From assembly GCA_951406725.2 (NCBI GenBank), contig OX597818.1, forward strand, positions 138,756,001 through 138,820,000: 64,000 nucleotides of DNA, written 5' to 3'. Positions 28,825 to 41,964 of this stretch are shown here, piece after piece (the stretch's first letter is position 1; every line of letters starts with the position of its first letter). A program made the position numbers and the translations under genes. The DNA is from Octopus vulgaris. Lineage: Eukaryota. The notes beneath the pieces were generated by a model. It worked only from the letters and a program-made list of their open reading frames with translations. It ran no database searches and was not told the DNA's origin.

Positions 28825-30400
28825 TGTCTGTATATGTATGTATATATACATGTATGTGTATATACATGTATGTGTATATACATGTATGTGTATATGTATG
28901 TGTGTGTGTGTGTGTGTATATATATTATATATACGTAAATTTTTTGACAGATATCTTGTTTTAGGCATAAAATTGTCTTTATTCTTTTTAACCATTCTTT
29001 GCAACTCAAAACTTACAAAACAAATTTGATTTAAATTTCATAACAGTTAAAATTAGAAAAGAAAAAACGATGAAATTAGTTCTTAAATGGAAGTTGACGT
29101 CAGTGATTCAGTGAGAGAAATAAGATAACTGTGTTTACAGATTTAAAATATTCCAGTTTTTAATGAGCTATTTGAATTTGGCTAAAGTATAGAATCTTTG
29201 CTAATTTCTAAATTATCTAGATTGTATTTATTCTTCTTTTGATATTGGTATCTTTGACCTATGCTTCAAGAATTTTCTTGTGTATATGTTTATGTGTGTT
29301 TGTGTATGTGTGTGTGTTAATGTCATGGTTCAAAGAACTGAGTAAACAAGGAGAAAAAATGCTCAATACATATTGGTTTTATTACTATCAATGAAGGCAC
29401 ATGGCTCAGTGGTTAGAGTGTCAGGCACTGCAAGTAATATAGTATAATTAGTGTGACACAGCATTTACTAGTATAATCCACTTTTATTTATTTATTGCTT
29501 AATTCATTTAAGAAACCATTTGGGGTTTGGATTGTACCTTGAATTTTAGCACTTCAAGAATAGTATGCATGTAATAGTCAACCTTTGAAATTTAGCCTAC
29601 ATACCTTGTCCCTGATCTAAAAAAAATCATATGTTAATCATCATTTAATGTTTGTCTTTGATACCTGTGCTTGTGCCTTATAAAATGCACTCTGTCCACT
29701 CTGCTGGGTGGTTGGTGTTAGGAAGTGCATCCAGCTGTAGAAACTGCACCAAAACAGACACACAAGTCTGGTGCAGGCTCCTGCCTTGCCAGCTCCTGTC
29801 AAACTGTCTAACTCATGTCAACGTGGAGGGTGGATGTTGGACACTGATGATGATGATTGGAATGAGTTGGATGATTTGACAGGATGCAATAAGCCAGAGA
29901 ACTATGCTGAACTTTGACACAGTTTCTATGGTTGGATGCCCTTCCTAGTGCCAGCCACTTTACAGGGGTCTACTGGATTATTCTTTCACAACACAGTGCT
30001 AGTGTGTCACCAAGTAACTCATAAAACAAAGAAATAGAGCCCTTGACTGAGTGGAGTAGTAGTAGAGGTAGGGGTTGGCTTTATGCCAGATGTTGAAAGG
30101 TTAAAAATTATGATAGAAGGACAAGCACAGGTGTCTTTCTGCAGGGATATCTGTGTCTAACACCTCACCACACAAGCCGGGTAGGAGAGTTAGGAAGAAG
30201 ACAAAGTTGGTAGTGAGAAGGTGTCAGGGTGTACTTGTAAGATACAAGTAGGTAAGTAGAGGTGAGAATATGGATTGGAGATTGGGAAATGTAGATGGAG
30301 AAGCAAGTAGGCCAAAACTTCTTTGTAAAAATATATAATAAATATAGAAATATATATATATAAACAAATTTTCTCTTTCTCTCCATATGTGAGATATATA

Positions 30401-30449
<49 letters not shown>

Positions 30450-30504
30450 ATGTATTTATGTATATGTATGTATCTATCTATATCTATCTGTCTGTCTGTA
30501 TGTA

Positions 30505-30580
<76 letters not shown>

Positions 30581-31185
30581 CACACATATATATATATATA
30601 TAACTAATCAGAATTTCTGAGAACCTCCCATTTCCAGTTTAAATGCTTAGCTCTGTTGTAATCAGGGCCGGTGCAATCTTATCTTTAATCTTGATGAATT
30701 TCCCAATAAATATGAAATAATCAGTGAAAAAAGAAGGTATCTCTGAGTGGGGTGGGAAGGGAATTTGAATTATATATGAAAACCTTAAAAAAAAAAGAGG
30801 GAGAAAGAAAATCTGTAAATGACTGAAGTAAGATCTAAAGATTGAACATGCTTCAAGGTTTGCTTACTCACATTTAGCAGTGTGTTGAATCAATTTTCAA
30901 AATTAATTAAAAACTAAGAAAAGAAAAAAAAAAACAAGAACTTGTTGCACTTAGATTTTCCAAAGCAATGTTAAATGTTTTTGTTTTCTTTTTTTTTTTT
31001 TTAAATTCTTTCATCATGTGGAATAATTGGGTTTTTTCCCCCTCATTTATGTTTAAGCTCTAAGATTTGTGTTGTGTATCTGTATATAAAGTGTGAATAT
31101 GTAAATCACTATGTATAGGAAGATGTTAGTGCTAAATTAAAAAAAAAATCTGACTGACTAGTATCTAGGGCAAATACAATATATT

Positions 31186-31904
31186 TATTTCTTTACTACC
31201 CACAAGGGGCTAAACACAGAGAGGACAAACAAGGATAGACAAACGGATTAAGTCGATTATATCGACCCCAGTGCATAACTGGTACTTATTTAATCGACCC
31301 TGAAAGGATGAAAGGCAAAGTTGACCTCGGCTGAATTTGAACTCAGAACATAGCGGCAGACGAAATACCTATTTCTTTACTACCCACAAGGGGCTAAACA
31401 CAGAGAGGACAAACAAGGACAGACAAATGGATTAAGTTGATTATATCGACCCCAGTGCATAACTGGTACTTATTTAATCAACTCCGAAAGGATGAAAGGC
31501 AAAGTCGACCTCGGCGGAATTTGAACTCATAACGTAACGGCAGACGAAATACCTATTTCTTTACTACTCACAAGGGGCTAAACACAGGGAGGACAAACAA
31601 AGACAGACAAACGGATTAAGTTGATTATATCGACCCCAGTGCATAACTGGTACTTATTTAATCGACCCCGAAAGGATGAAAGGCAAAGTTGACCTCGGCT
31701 GAATTTGAACTCAGAACATAGCGGCAGACGAAATACCTATTTCTTTACTACTCACAAGGGGCTAAACACAGAGAGGACAAACAAAGACAGACAAACGGAT
31801 TAAGTTGATTATGTCGACCCCAGTGCATAACTGGTACTTATTTAATCGACCCCGAAAGGATGAAAGGCAAAGTCGACCTCGGCGGAATTTGAACTCAGAG
31901 CGTA
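31186..31904 (-). repeat. Tandem array of four 184-bp head-truncated SINE-B monomers
   Basis: TATTTCTTTACTAC unit starts at 31186, 31370, 31554 and 31738. Confidence 0.92.
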
Positions 31905-33365
31905 CAGTATATTACTCCTTTCTACTACGAGCACAAGGCCTGAAATTTATGGGAAGGCGCTAATCTGGGGTCGACTCCACAGGTCCCAGTACTCAACTGG
32001 TACTCCTTTTATCGACCCCCAAAAAGATGACAGGCAAAATTGACCGTGGTAGAATTTGAGCTCAGAATCTAAAAACAGATGAAATGCAACTGAGCATTTT
32101 GTCCATCTTGCTTATGATTCTACCTGCCCCACTACTTTCAAATACACCATAATAAACAGATTTAGTCCCACCCAAAATTCTCTCCTTTTATTCGCTTTCA
32201 CTTAAGTGAAATAGAGGTATTTCAGGATTTCACATTAACACTGTTGGAGAGTAATTGTTTTATAGCTTGATATAAATTATTAGTTGATATTAAAGTTAAC
32301 ATCATCAATATCATTTTATATTCCGTTTTTTTGTTTTTTTTCATGTCAGCATGGGTGAAGTAGATGTCACAGCATCTAGGCTAATGGTTATCAAATAGTG
32401 CACCATGTGAATCTAAAATAAATTTAAGGTCTTCTAAACATCTATATTGATGCTTAAATAAAATTTAAGGCTTTCCTTTACATGTGAAATGCATCAGAAT
32501 TTTTTAACTTGTCATGATAACAGTGCCAATAATTTTTACTTTGATCATCAATATTCCTTGAAGTAAACAAAAAAAAAATTGGGAACCATTGCAATGTTTG
32601 AAGTTGCCTGTGTCATTTTTTGTTTTTTTTTGGTATAATTTTTATGGTTGGTTACCCTTCCTGTGACCAGTCACTTGAAAGTATAGACCAGGTGCATTTT
32701 ATCATGCTATTAACACAAGAGAGGTGGTCTTCAGTGGTTTTAAAATGTCCACTCTGCCCTGCATAGCTATTTTTATTCAGAGTTACTGTGCTTCTAGACA
32801 GACTGCATATGACAAGCTTTGCAAATCTTGCATCTTTTCTGTTTCTGCCATCTAGTTATATATAAATTAAATGTAATTTAGATCTCTAAACTAAATGTAA
32901 TTATTCATGTTTTACATTCAAGTATTGTTATTATATTGAATATTTGTATTTTTGAAGTTGTTGAAATTGCATTAGTGTAATTCAACTAGAAAGTAGCAGG
33001 CTCTAAAAATATTAAATAGAGAGAAAAATATATCTGCTTTAGCTTTTGTACAAATCTGTGAATTTGCTGATCCCACTAACATTTTTTTATGTGTATGGGG
33101 AAAAAAATAAAGTTTTTTGTTGAGCTCCAAGCTAATTTTAATTGAGTAGATCCATGAAGGATTTGAGGATTTCCAGTTGTGACCATCCGATACTTTTGTA
33201 GGCGGTGTGTATCCAGAACTGCATTATCCAATATGTCCTTTGCTTTTTAAGACAGTATGGTGTGATATGACGGAGATTTAGCTGCTATTTCTTACAGATC
33301 AAGTGACTGTGTAAAGGCTCCCTTGTGTGCACTTTTACCTATGCAAAGTTTTATAATGTCTGGAC

Positions 33366-33527
33366 CTGGACTGTCTTAACATTTTAGGCCCCTGGGCAAA
33401 TCAGTGCACTTGGTCGTATAGTATTTAATGACAGCAAGCCTCAGCATTTATTGGTCAGAATTGTGCCCCTAGACCTGTGAAGCCCCTGGGCAAATGTCCA
33501 GCATGTCTGTGCCTTAAGATGGCTCTG
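33366..33527. mobile_element. Degenerate hAT-type MITE
   Basis: Imperfect TIRs CTGGACTGTCTTAA / TTAAGATGGCTCTG, internal GCCCCTGGGCAAAT twice, imperfect 8-bp flanking repeat GTCTGGAC/ATTTGGAC. Confidence 0.55.
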
Positions 33528-33820
33528 ATTTGGACCAATATACAGGGTGGTCAATTTGTCAATATACAGTATATGTCAAGGATTTGGTAGTAGTCTCCGA
33601 CACTGAATACCATGCTGTAGGTTTATTTACACCACCTCATAGCACTTTTTTACACTGAAGAATGGTATCTCTCTGGTGGTACCAGTTTAGCATCTACATA
33701 CACATTGCACAATTATTTTCATACTAATTAACACAACTCTCTGCACACATTTTCATAATCATGCATTTTCATGCAATCATTATTATGTCAAAGAATGCAT
33801 TTGTTGTAAAACATTCACAT

Positions 33821-33987
33821 AGGTGCAGGAGTGGCTGTGTGGTAAGTAGCTTGTTTACCAACCACATGGTCCCGGGTTCAGTCCCGCTGCGTGGCACCTT
33901 GGGCAAGTGTCTTCTACTATAGCCTCGGGCCGACCAAAGCGTTGTGAGTGGATTTGGTAGACGGAAACTAAAGAAGCCCGTCGTATA

Positions 33988-34062
<75 letters not shown>

Positions 34063-34260
34063 TTGTGTGTCTGTTTTTGTCCCCCGAGCAATGCTTGACA
34101 ACCGATGTCCCCGTTACTTAGAGGTTCGGCAAAAGAGACTGATGGAATAACTATTGGGCTTACAAGAGAGTAAGTCCCTGTGTCGAGTTGCTCGATCAAA
34201 GGCGGTGCTCCAGCATGGCCGCAGTCAAATGACTGAAACAAGTAAAAGAGTAAAAGAGTA
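33821..34260 (+). mobile_element. SINE family A, full length
   Basis: Head, CORE-like body, internal (TA)n, (AAAAGAGT)n tail. Confidence 0.9.
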
Positions 34261-34569
34261 TACAATCTGCAAACATTTATACTCTCATGCGTATACATCT
34301 ATGTATATATACCTATTCTTAACTCTCGTATTTTATATATGTTCAGTAATATTACCAGGGTTCTTACATTCTTTCCTGGAATGTCTACGACTGAAATTTC
34401 ATGTTGGGTGTGAACCTCAGATAAAATTAAATTATTAACAAGTACAGTAGCCCATGCATAAAAACACAATCTTCTTTTTCAAATAATGCGATTCTTTAAA
34501 TTGCCTTTCCCTTGGTCCTTTTCCTGTCTGTCATTCATTCATTCATTTAATAAATATTATATATTTATA

Positions 34570-34871
34570 TCATCACGTGACCGGCCAGTCCATCAGATGT
34601 AGTTACACATCGCTGGTCACAATGCGTTCGCATTGTTTTAGCCTTCGAACGACGCCACCCCGCTGGCTAAGCGAGCAGGCCAACAGAAGAAAGAGTGGGA
34701 GAAAGAGTGGTGAAAGAGTACAGCAGGGATCACCACCATCCCCTGCCGGAGCCTCGTGGAGCTTTTAGGTGTTTTCGCTCAATAAACACTCACAACGCCC
34801 GGTCTGGGAATCGAAACCGCGATCCTACGACCGCGAGTCCACTGCCATAACCACTGGGCCATTGCGCCTCC
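34570..34871 (-). mobile_element. SINE family D with alternative 3' module
   Basis: Head GGAGGCGCAATGGCCCAGTGG...GGTTTCGATTCCC is shared with 50688 and 53186, but 34570-34685 differs. Confidence 0.8.
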
Positions 34872-34904
34872 ATATATATATATTTATATATATATTTATA
34901 TATA

Positions 34905-34985
<81 letters not shown>

Positions 34986-35582
34986 CACACTTTCATTCTT
35001 ACATCTGTTATACTCTTTTACTCTCCCTCTCTCTCTCTCTCTCTCTTACTATTTATCTCTGTATCTGCTCCTTCTGTTACTCTTGCCTACTTTTTTCTTT
35101 CTTTCCCTCTCTTGTTTCTCGCTCTCTATCCTCTTATACTTGATATTTGATCTCAGTTTCTCTTTTACTACTACATTTAGTAGTGAGGTTAAACATCTAA
35201 CCATTTCTGTCTTTCTTAAATGTTCTGGCATTTTTCAGAACCAATCCATATATGAGAGAGACAGGAGGGGTAGAAAGAAAGCAGTTGATTCCATTAAATC
35301 TAAGTCTTAAAGGAAGTAGACAATTCCATAGTTTCAAAATTGGTGTGAAGCCAAAATTTGATAAACCTCTGCTTTCTCACATTGAGCTGTTATAACCATA
35401 ATAAGCGGAGGAAATGGAATTATGAGGAATATGCTCCAAAGGAGCCAAAGTCTGGAAACATTTCTTTCACTTTTTCTTGTTACTAAATGCATGTCTATGG
35501 AATTATATATGTCTTTTTAATGGATTGGATGGGACTACAAATTCAAACATTTAAATATATAGTGTGTACCACTCTCTCTCTA

Positions 35583-35613
<31 letters not shown>

Positions 35614-36571
35614 TACATGATAGATGTATTATAAAACTGATTTGAATGAGAGAAGCAGTAGACAGTATCTGTTGTAGAATTTGTATTTGATGATAACTTT
35701 GAATTTTACCGTGGTAATATCATTGCTCTACATTTTTAGTTATAGATATAAAATGAAAATATTTATATCTTTTATTTCATGCTCTAATGATTAGGATATT
35801 TTTGCACATCTAAGTATTTTACAAAAATACTGAATGGCATTTTGTAATTCAATGATTAATTTCAAAGAGAATATTGTTATAGTTATTATTCTTTTTGAAG
35901 GTTGGTTTTCGTTGCCTAGGGACTTCATGTTTTGACGTAAGAGTTCGGCTTAACTTTCATGAGCAAGTGTTTATGACTTGGTAGCCTGTATCATGCTTTT
36001 TCTGATTGTTTTAGGTTTGCCTATATAGTCAAGAGCTAAGACTAAGACATTTTCTTGGCCCTGCACTCTTGATTCGGTTGAATATCATGGGTGTGTATGA
36101 CAGCTTGGTGGAAAGAGGGCTGCATCCAGTAGTTGGCTGGTAGTCATTTTCAGCTGAATTCACAACATGAAATGATGTGCCTTGCTCAAGGAGATAAAAT
36201 GCTGCTCATTTCAGAAACTGAACCCTTGACTTTATGATTGTCAGCTCAACACCTTAACCACTAGGTCATGCAAATTCTCATGTTTTGTAATACATACATC
36301 TCACTTATTTCTATTTTTCTTCTTAATTCCTATGGTATGAGATTAGCATCAATTTTATTAACTATCACCTTTTGTTTGGTTGAAATTGAAAAATTTCTCA
36401 CAAAAGAATATTTTTGTATTATGATGACATCATTGAGATTTTGTTGAGGCTCATTAAAATATAAAAACCCAAACTTTAGAATGGTGATTATGAATTTATG
36501 TACCAGTTTCTCATTTCATTATATATCTATATTCTGTCTAATGTGTCATTTTATTTTTTTATTGTGTTCAG

Positions 36572-36801
36572 GTAAATGGACAAGATCTTTCACAATCGAC
36601 TCATGAAGAAGCTGTCGAAGCTTTTCGAAGTGCAAAAGAACCCATTGTGGTAGAAGTACTGAGGAGAGCAAATAAGGCTAAAATGAAAAGTCGGTCTCCA
36701 ACGATGGTATCCGTTGGAACACAGACCGAGGAGGAGATTTTCTGCAGCAATGAGAGTCCTCCCACACCACCACCTGGATTTTATGCTTTCAATGGCTCTG
36801 G
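36572..36801 (+). CDS. Internal coding exon of a PDZRN3/PDZRN4 (LNX3/4)-like PDZ-domain RING E3 ligase
   Basis: Pyrimidine tract and CAG acceptor (36569-36571); GTAAGT donor at 36802. The 230 nt (phase 0 to phase 2) translate without stops to [76 protein letters not shown](G). This resembles the recalled vertebrate PDZRN3 segment [32 protein letters not shown]...DTGTQT. Confidence 0.9.
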
Positions 36802-37324
36802 GTAAGTAATCACAAACATTTTATTTCATTTTTGTTTCTTTTCAGTTTTTTTATGAAATGACTTGGTTGTGTGCCTTTAAAGGGTGAGTCGGAGGCCTTT
36901 AAAATGGTCATGACCATCATTGCTCTTCTTTCTCTGAGACAGATGGAAATGAAGAAAGGAGATATTGAATGGACTGGATATCTGGTCTGAATACTTGAAA
37001 TAGTGGACAATGTGAAAGATGCACCAGAACAAGAATTGTTCCTTCTGACAAGTTTCCACACAGTTTCCGTCTACTTTGTTTTACTCATAAGGATCTTTAG
37101 TTGACCTGAAGCTAGAAGACACTTGTTGAAAGTGCTGCATAGTAGGGGTGAAACACAAATCATGTAGTTGTAAAGTGAACTTCCCGACCACATAATCATA
37201 CCTGCGCATAAAGCTTTCTTTAAGCTACTAAAAGATATTTGAAAGCAATGAGAAACCCATTTAATCATGATAGATGAGCACCGTTCTTCCTGTTTCTGTT
37301 TGTTATTGATAACTACTTCGAAGT

Positions 37325-37769
37325 TTAACTCTTTAGTATTTCGTTACCAACCCGGCTGAAACCGGCTCTGGCTCTTTAGTACAAATGTCTGGTTTTCAAA
37401 AGTTCTGAATTAAAACCTTCCACCAAATCTTAGTCACAATTTATGTCCCTAACTCTAGCTTAATGATAACGATGTTATTTTATTTAATTCTTTGTTATAT
37501 TTAACATAATTGGAAGAAACACTGAGCATCTCAAAATAAATTCAGTAACGAAAGGGTTAAACCAGCCATATCTGGCCAAGATATTCTATCCATTCAATGT
37601 TCAAATCAACCACATACGACTTCTCTCACCTATCCCACAATGTAATTCTAAAAATAAACAATCATGACATCAAAATCTCGAAGCTACATGAAAATGTATT
37701 GTTAATTCAAAACAATGTAAATAAATGAGGATTACATTTGATGGAGCAATCTGAATGCTAAAGGGTTAA
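37325..37769. mobile_element. Nested piggyBac-type MITEs: MITE-P1 (about 37339-37560) inside MITE-P2
   Basis: Outer TTAACTCTTTAGTATTT...ATGCTAAAGGGTTAA matches 58414-58640; inner matches 38690-38918. Confidence 0.8.
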
Positions 37770-37788
37770 GGAGTAAGTTTCTAACAAA

Positions 37789-38216
37789 CTCTTTTACTCT
37801 TTTACTCTTATACTTGTTTCAGTCATTTGACTGCAGCCATGCTGGAGCACCGCCTTTAGTCGAGCAAATCAACCCCGGGACTTATTCTTTGTAAGCCCAG
37901 TACTTATTCTATCGGTCTCTTTTGCCGAACCGCTAAGTGATGGGGACGTAAACACACCAGCATCGGTTGTCAAGCAATGCCAGGGGGACAAACACAGACA
38001 CACAAACACATACAGACACATACATATATATATATACATATATACATATATACGACAGGCTTCTTTCAGTTTCCGTCTACCAAATCCACTCACAAGGCAT
38101 TGGTCGGCCCGGGGCTATAGTAGAAGACACTTGCCCAAGATGCCATGCAGTGGGACTGAACCCGGAACCATGTGGTTGGTTCGCAAGCTACTTACCACAC
38201 AGCCACTCCTACGCCT
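37789..38216 (-). mobile_element. SINE family A, full length
   Basis: Same structure as the other family-A copies. Confidence 0.9.
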
Positions 38217-38689
38217 AATTCTGTTTTGATGACCTCAATGTCTCAGTTTCACTTACATTGAAAATTCTTTTAGAAAAGACTTGAATGTCACAATTCCCTT
38301 CTCTAAACTCATTAAAATCAATAGAACTGATTGTCTTTTGATGAGTATCTCTGATCATAAAAGCAAGATACTTTATTCCTTACCATATTCTTCTTTAGCA
38401 GTGGATTAGTTGATACATTAGAGTAGAGGTTCTCAAACTGGGTACTCATATCACTAGGGGTACACAAGAGAAATTGCATGCGTGTCTTGGAAATATGTGG
38501 AGAGTATTTTCTTGTTCTCGTTTCCTTGTTGTTGGGTAAAAGATTTTCGGCAATGTTGACAAACCAAAAATAGATTTGATGCAGAACTGTCAATTAAGAA
38601 TGGTTGTGAGTGTGCCTCTCTGAAATTGTATCAAAAATTGAGTTAGTTGCTAGAAGGTGCCAAACTAATTCATCTCATTAAAAATGTCA

Positions 38690-38918
38690 TTAACCCTTTT
38701 GTTACCAACCCGGCTGAAACCGGCTGTGGCTCTGTAGTACAAATGTCTTGTTTTCATAAGTTTTGAATTAAAATCTTCCACCAAACCTTAGTCCCAATTT
38801 ATGTTCCCACCACTAGCTTAATGATGACTAAGTTATCTTACTAAATTCTTTGTTATATTTAAAATAATTGAAAGAGACACAGAGCATCTCAAAATAAATA
38901 CGGTAACGAAAGGGTTAA
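38690..38918. mobile_element. piggyBac-type MITE-P1
   Basis: TTAA-CCCTTTTGTTACC ... GGTAACGAAAGGG-TTAA. Confidence 0.88.
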
Positions 38919-39975
38919 ATTAAACAAAATTGATTTCATATATAGGTGCAAGGCCAGAAATTATGGGGGATGTGGAACAGGTGATTATACTGACCCCGAT
39001 AAGTTTGTCTGACGACTTAGTGTCAATCAAGTACAGGAGTTGATCAAATAAGTGGAATCACCATTGCACTTGTATATCCTATTTATTTTTCTACCATTTA
39101 GCTACCATCTTGCTAAGAATAACAAATAGTACCTTATTCATTCTGGGAATGATTAACTGTTTGATTTATAGTTTGGGTAAAGAAACGAAGCAGGCATCTG
39201 GATGGTGGATTGCCATTTGCAAATGTCAATTACTCTATTAAATGTGACTATTTTATGAGGTGGAAAGGTACTCATTTTAGTGGTTGTGGAAAAAATAAAA
39301 ATAAAACCAAAATTTGGTGAGATTTAAAGAACTTTATGCTAACTCCATCATATTTGGCTATAATTGATATTTAATGTCGGTTTCATAAGAATTAAGTCTT
39401 GAAGGCATTTCCCATTCATATTAAATGCTTTTGGAATAGGTTTGGCAATCACAATTCCTTACTTCCTTTTACCTATAAATCTGGGTGGGGATATGAGTCT
39501 ATTGAAAAAGCAAAGTAATATTTGTCGTGTAGACAAGCAATTGGTGGTGGGTAGGAAAATGGTAGAACTGGTAGAGTGTCAAGAAATATCTATTCTGGTA
39601 CTTCGTTACATACTTCTACAGTTTGTCTTCAGATCTCATAGGGGTCAACTTAAATTTTTATTCTTCTGAGGTTAATAAAGCAATGCATGAGGGTCAAATG
39701 AATTAACTATACACATGCACGTGCATGCACACGCGTGCGCACACACACACACACACACACACTCACACATTCATGAGGAGGTGCTGAAAAGTTCCCAGCT
39801 TTAAAGGTATCGTAAAAGGCTTGAATTGTATCATGGTGCTGTTTTTCTCACAGACAGTGCCCAACTGACCCTGCTATACTGTGTAGTTGACAAAATCAAA
39901 AACAAACAATCTGCATGTGTGTAATTAAAAATAGAGAATGGCGACAATTTATCCATCACATCCTGTATATATATA

Positions 39976-40013
<38 letters not shown>

Positions 40014-40143
40014 TTCAGCAACAATTTAGGTTCAAATGAATATGGTACTTCATTTAGATGCACCAGAATTTTGTATGGTGTTATCCATAAAAATTTGCGG
40101 GGTGATTATAATCAAAATAAGCAACAAGAATGACTCCGGTAAT

Positions 40144-40229
40144 TTGGTACAATTGTTTCACACTACAACATTTTATTAAAAGTTGTAGGTTATACAGCAG
40201 ATTTAAGATGCTGAGTGCTCTTCAGCCAA
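40144..40229 (-). ncRNA. Type-I hammerhead ribozyme (HHR family 4) within a (TA)n-flanked 220-bp element (40011-40231)
   Basis: Minus strand: TTGG-CTGAAGA-GCACTCAGCATCTTA...TAAAATGTTGTAGTGT-GAAAC-AATT-GTA^-CCAA. Canonical core, stem I TTGG/CCAA, long stem II, palindromic stem III ACAATTGT. Confidence 0.78.
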
Positions 40230-40244
40230 TTATATATATATATA

Positions 40245-40287
<43 letters not shown>

Positions 40288-40987
40288 CGTTTTTCATAGA
40301 TATATACACACTTTTCTCCCAAATTTACACTTATGCATATGCTAAAGCTTACTATTAGAAACATAGTTATCGAGTTTGTTTGATATCTTGCATTGCTTAT
40401 CTCAGTAATAATAATGGTAGACATTGTCATTATAACACTGACTACCCCACTGTTATCTTCATCACTATCATTGCCATCACCATCATCACTGCAATCATTA
40501 CTGACATTATTATCATGATCACCTGCACCATAATCACCATCATTACCACAACCACCATCATTACTCCTACCTCATCATCATTGTATACTGTTGTTATTGT
40601 ACTGAATCAGAATACCTCCTATTGTTTCCATCGGAGTTACCACTACACCTTTCAAAGCTATTGTTAATGGAAAGGCATTGTAATTATCATCGCATCTTCC
40701 TTGACATCATTTTCATATCTTTACTTCCATTCTGGGTTGGATGCGTCTGCACTGGTGCTTAATTTCATTATTTTTGATTCTGCGTTAACTCTGGTCTGTG
40801 CGGTCCAGATGCGCTTAAATCTTATCATGATTAAGACTCCATTGTCTCAATAACGAGATCTCAGAATGATCTCAATTTGATACAACCTGAATATAAGGAT
40901 TCTCAGTCAAAGATGGTAAGTTCAAGCTAAAAGAAGGATCAAGCACAAGACTGCTATTATTACTATTGTAAGATTCATATCAGTGTA

Positions 40988-41039
<52 letters not shown>

Positions 41040-41147
41040 AACTAATTAATATATTGAACAATGTCTTTAAATAAGATTGTATACAATTTTGCTTGTTAAT
41101 AATCTTTAGTCAATTTCTGTGCCTGTATGTGTGTAGGTATGTATTCT

Positions 41148-41350
41148 AATATTTCACTTAGACATTCACTCATAAAGCCTGTATGTTTTGAAAATTTAAC
41201 ATTCCCAAGTAAAGTGCACTTCATATTCAAGATGAAGCTAGAGGATGTCATTCTGGTACTCAACTAAGAGTCCACCACATCCTTTAACAGAAACAGCTGT
41301 AAGGTAATGAAGTTCAGTACATAACATTTGCTTTTTCTGGTGTCATCTCT
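41148..41350 (+). mobile_element. HHR family 2 element with degenerate core
   Basis: Reverse-complement homolog of 10640-10805; retains GAAACAGCTGTAAG, but CTGATGA is reduced to AAGATGA. Confidence 0.6.
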
Positions 41351-41581
41351 TTGTTTCTACGTAGGTATATATATATGTATATATATGTATGTGTGTGCAA
41401 CAGCAAATGCCCATAATCGCACATGTGTATATTCATATAGAGATAATTCTTTGCATGCAAACTCTGTAAAAGACGTCAATTTTGACTGCAGGATCCTGAA
41501 CAGTTAAAGTGTTCTTCAAAATCCATAGCAGTAAAATGATTGAAATATATTTATTCTCTATCAAAATATATGCTGGGGGTC

Positions 41582-41806
41582 TTAACCCTTTCATTACCAA
41601 CCCGGCTGAAACTGGCTCTGGCTCTGTAATACAAATGTCTTGTTTTCATAAGTTTTGAATTAAAATCTTCCACCAAACTTTAGTCACAATTCATGTTCCT
41701 AACACTAGCTGAAAGATAAGTTATTTTACTAATTTCTTTGTTATATTTAAAGTAATTGAAACAAGCACAGAGCATCTCAAAATTAATATTGTAACAAAAG
41801 GGTTAA
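41582..41806. mobile_element. piggyBac-type MITE-P1
   Basis: TTAA-CCCTTTCATTAC ... GTAACAAAAGGG-TTAA; collinear with 38690-38918. Confidence 0.88.
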
Positions 41807-41964
41807 TCTTAAGCTTTAGATCTCTCAAAGAACATTAATTTGAGTTGGGGGTGAGGTAGTTCACAAACTGTGCCAGATGCAATTTGTGTGTATGGAGACA
41901 TTTAGATGTGTGTGCATGCATATGCTTCCTACTCAAGTTTGCTACATAGAGATTTCTGCCTTCC

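Noticed and set aside
31186-31904. CRISPR-like appearance of tandem arrays (also 60310-60990 and 63205-63500)
   Set aside because: Units repeat along their whole length with no unique spacers, there are no cas genes, and the context is eukaryotic.
38422-38590. Possible hAT MITE starting AGAGGTTCTCAAACTGGG
   Set aside because: The right TIR and TSD could not be identified with confidence.
40830-40921. Possible exon ending at ATG|GTAAGT
   Set aside because: No good acceptor or pyrimidine tract in a compatible phase, and the peptide does not resemble the expected next PDZRN exon.
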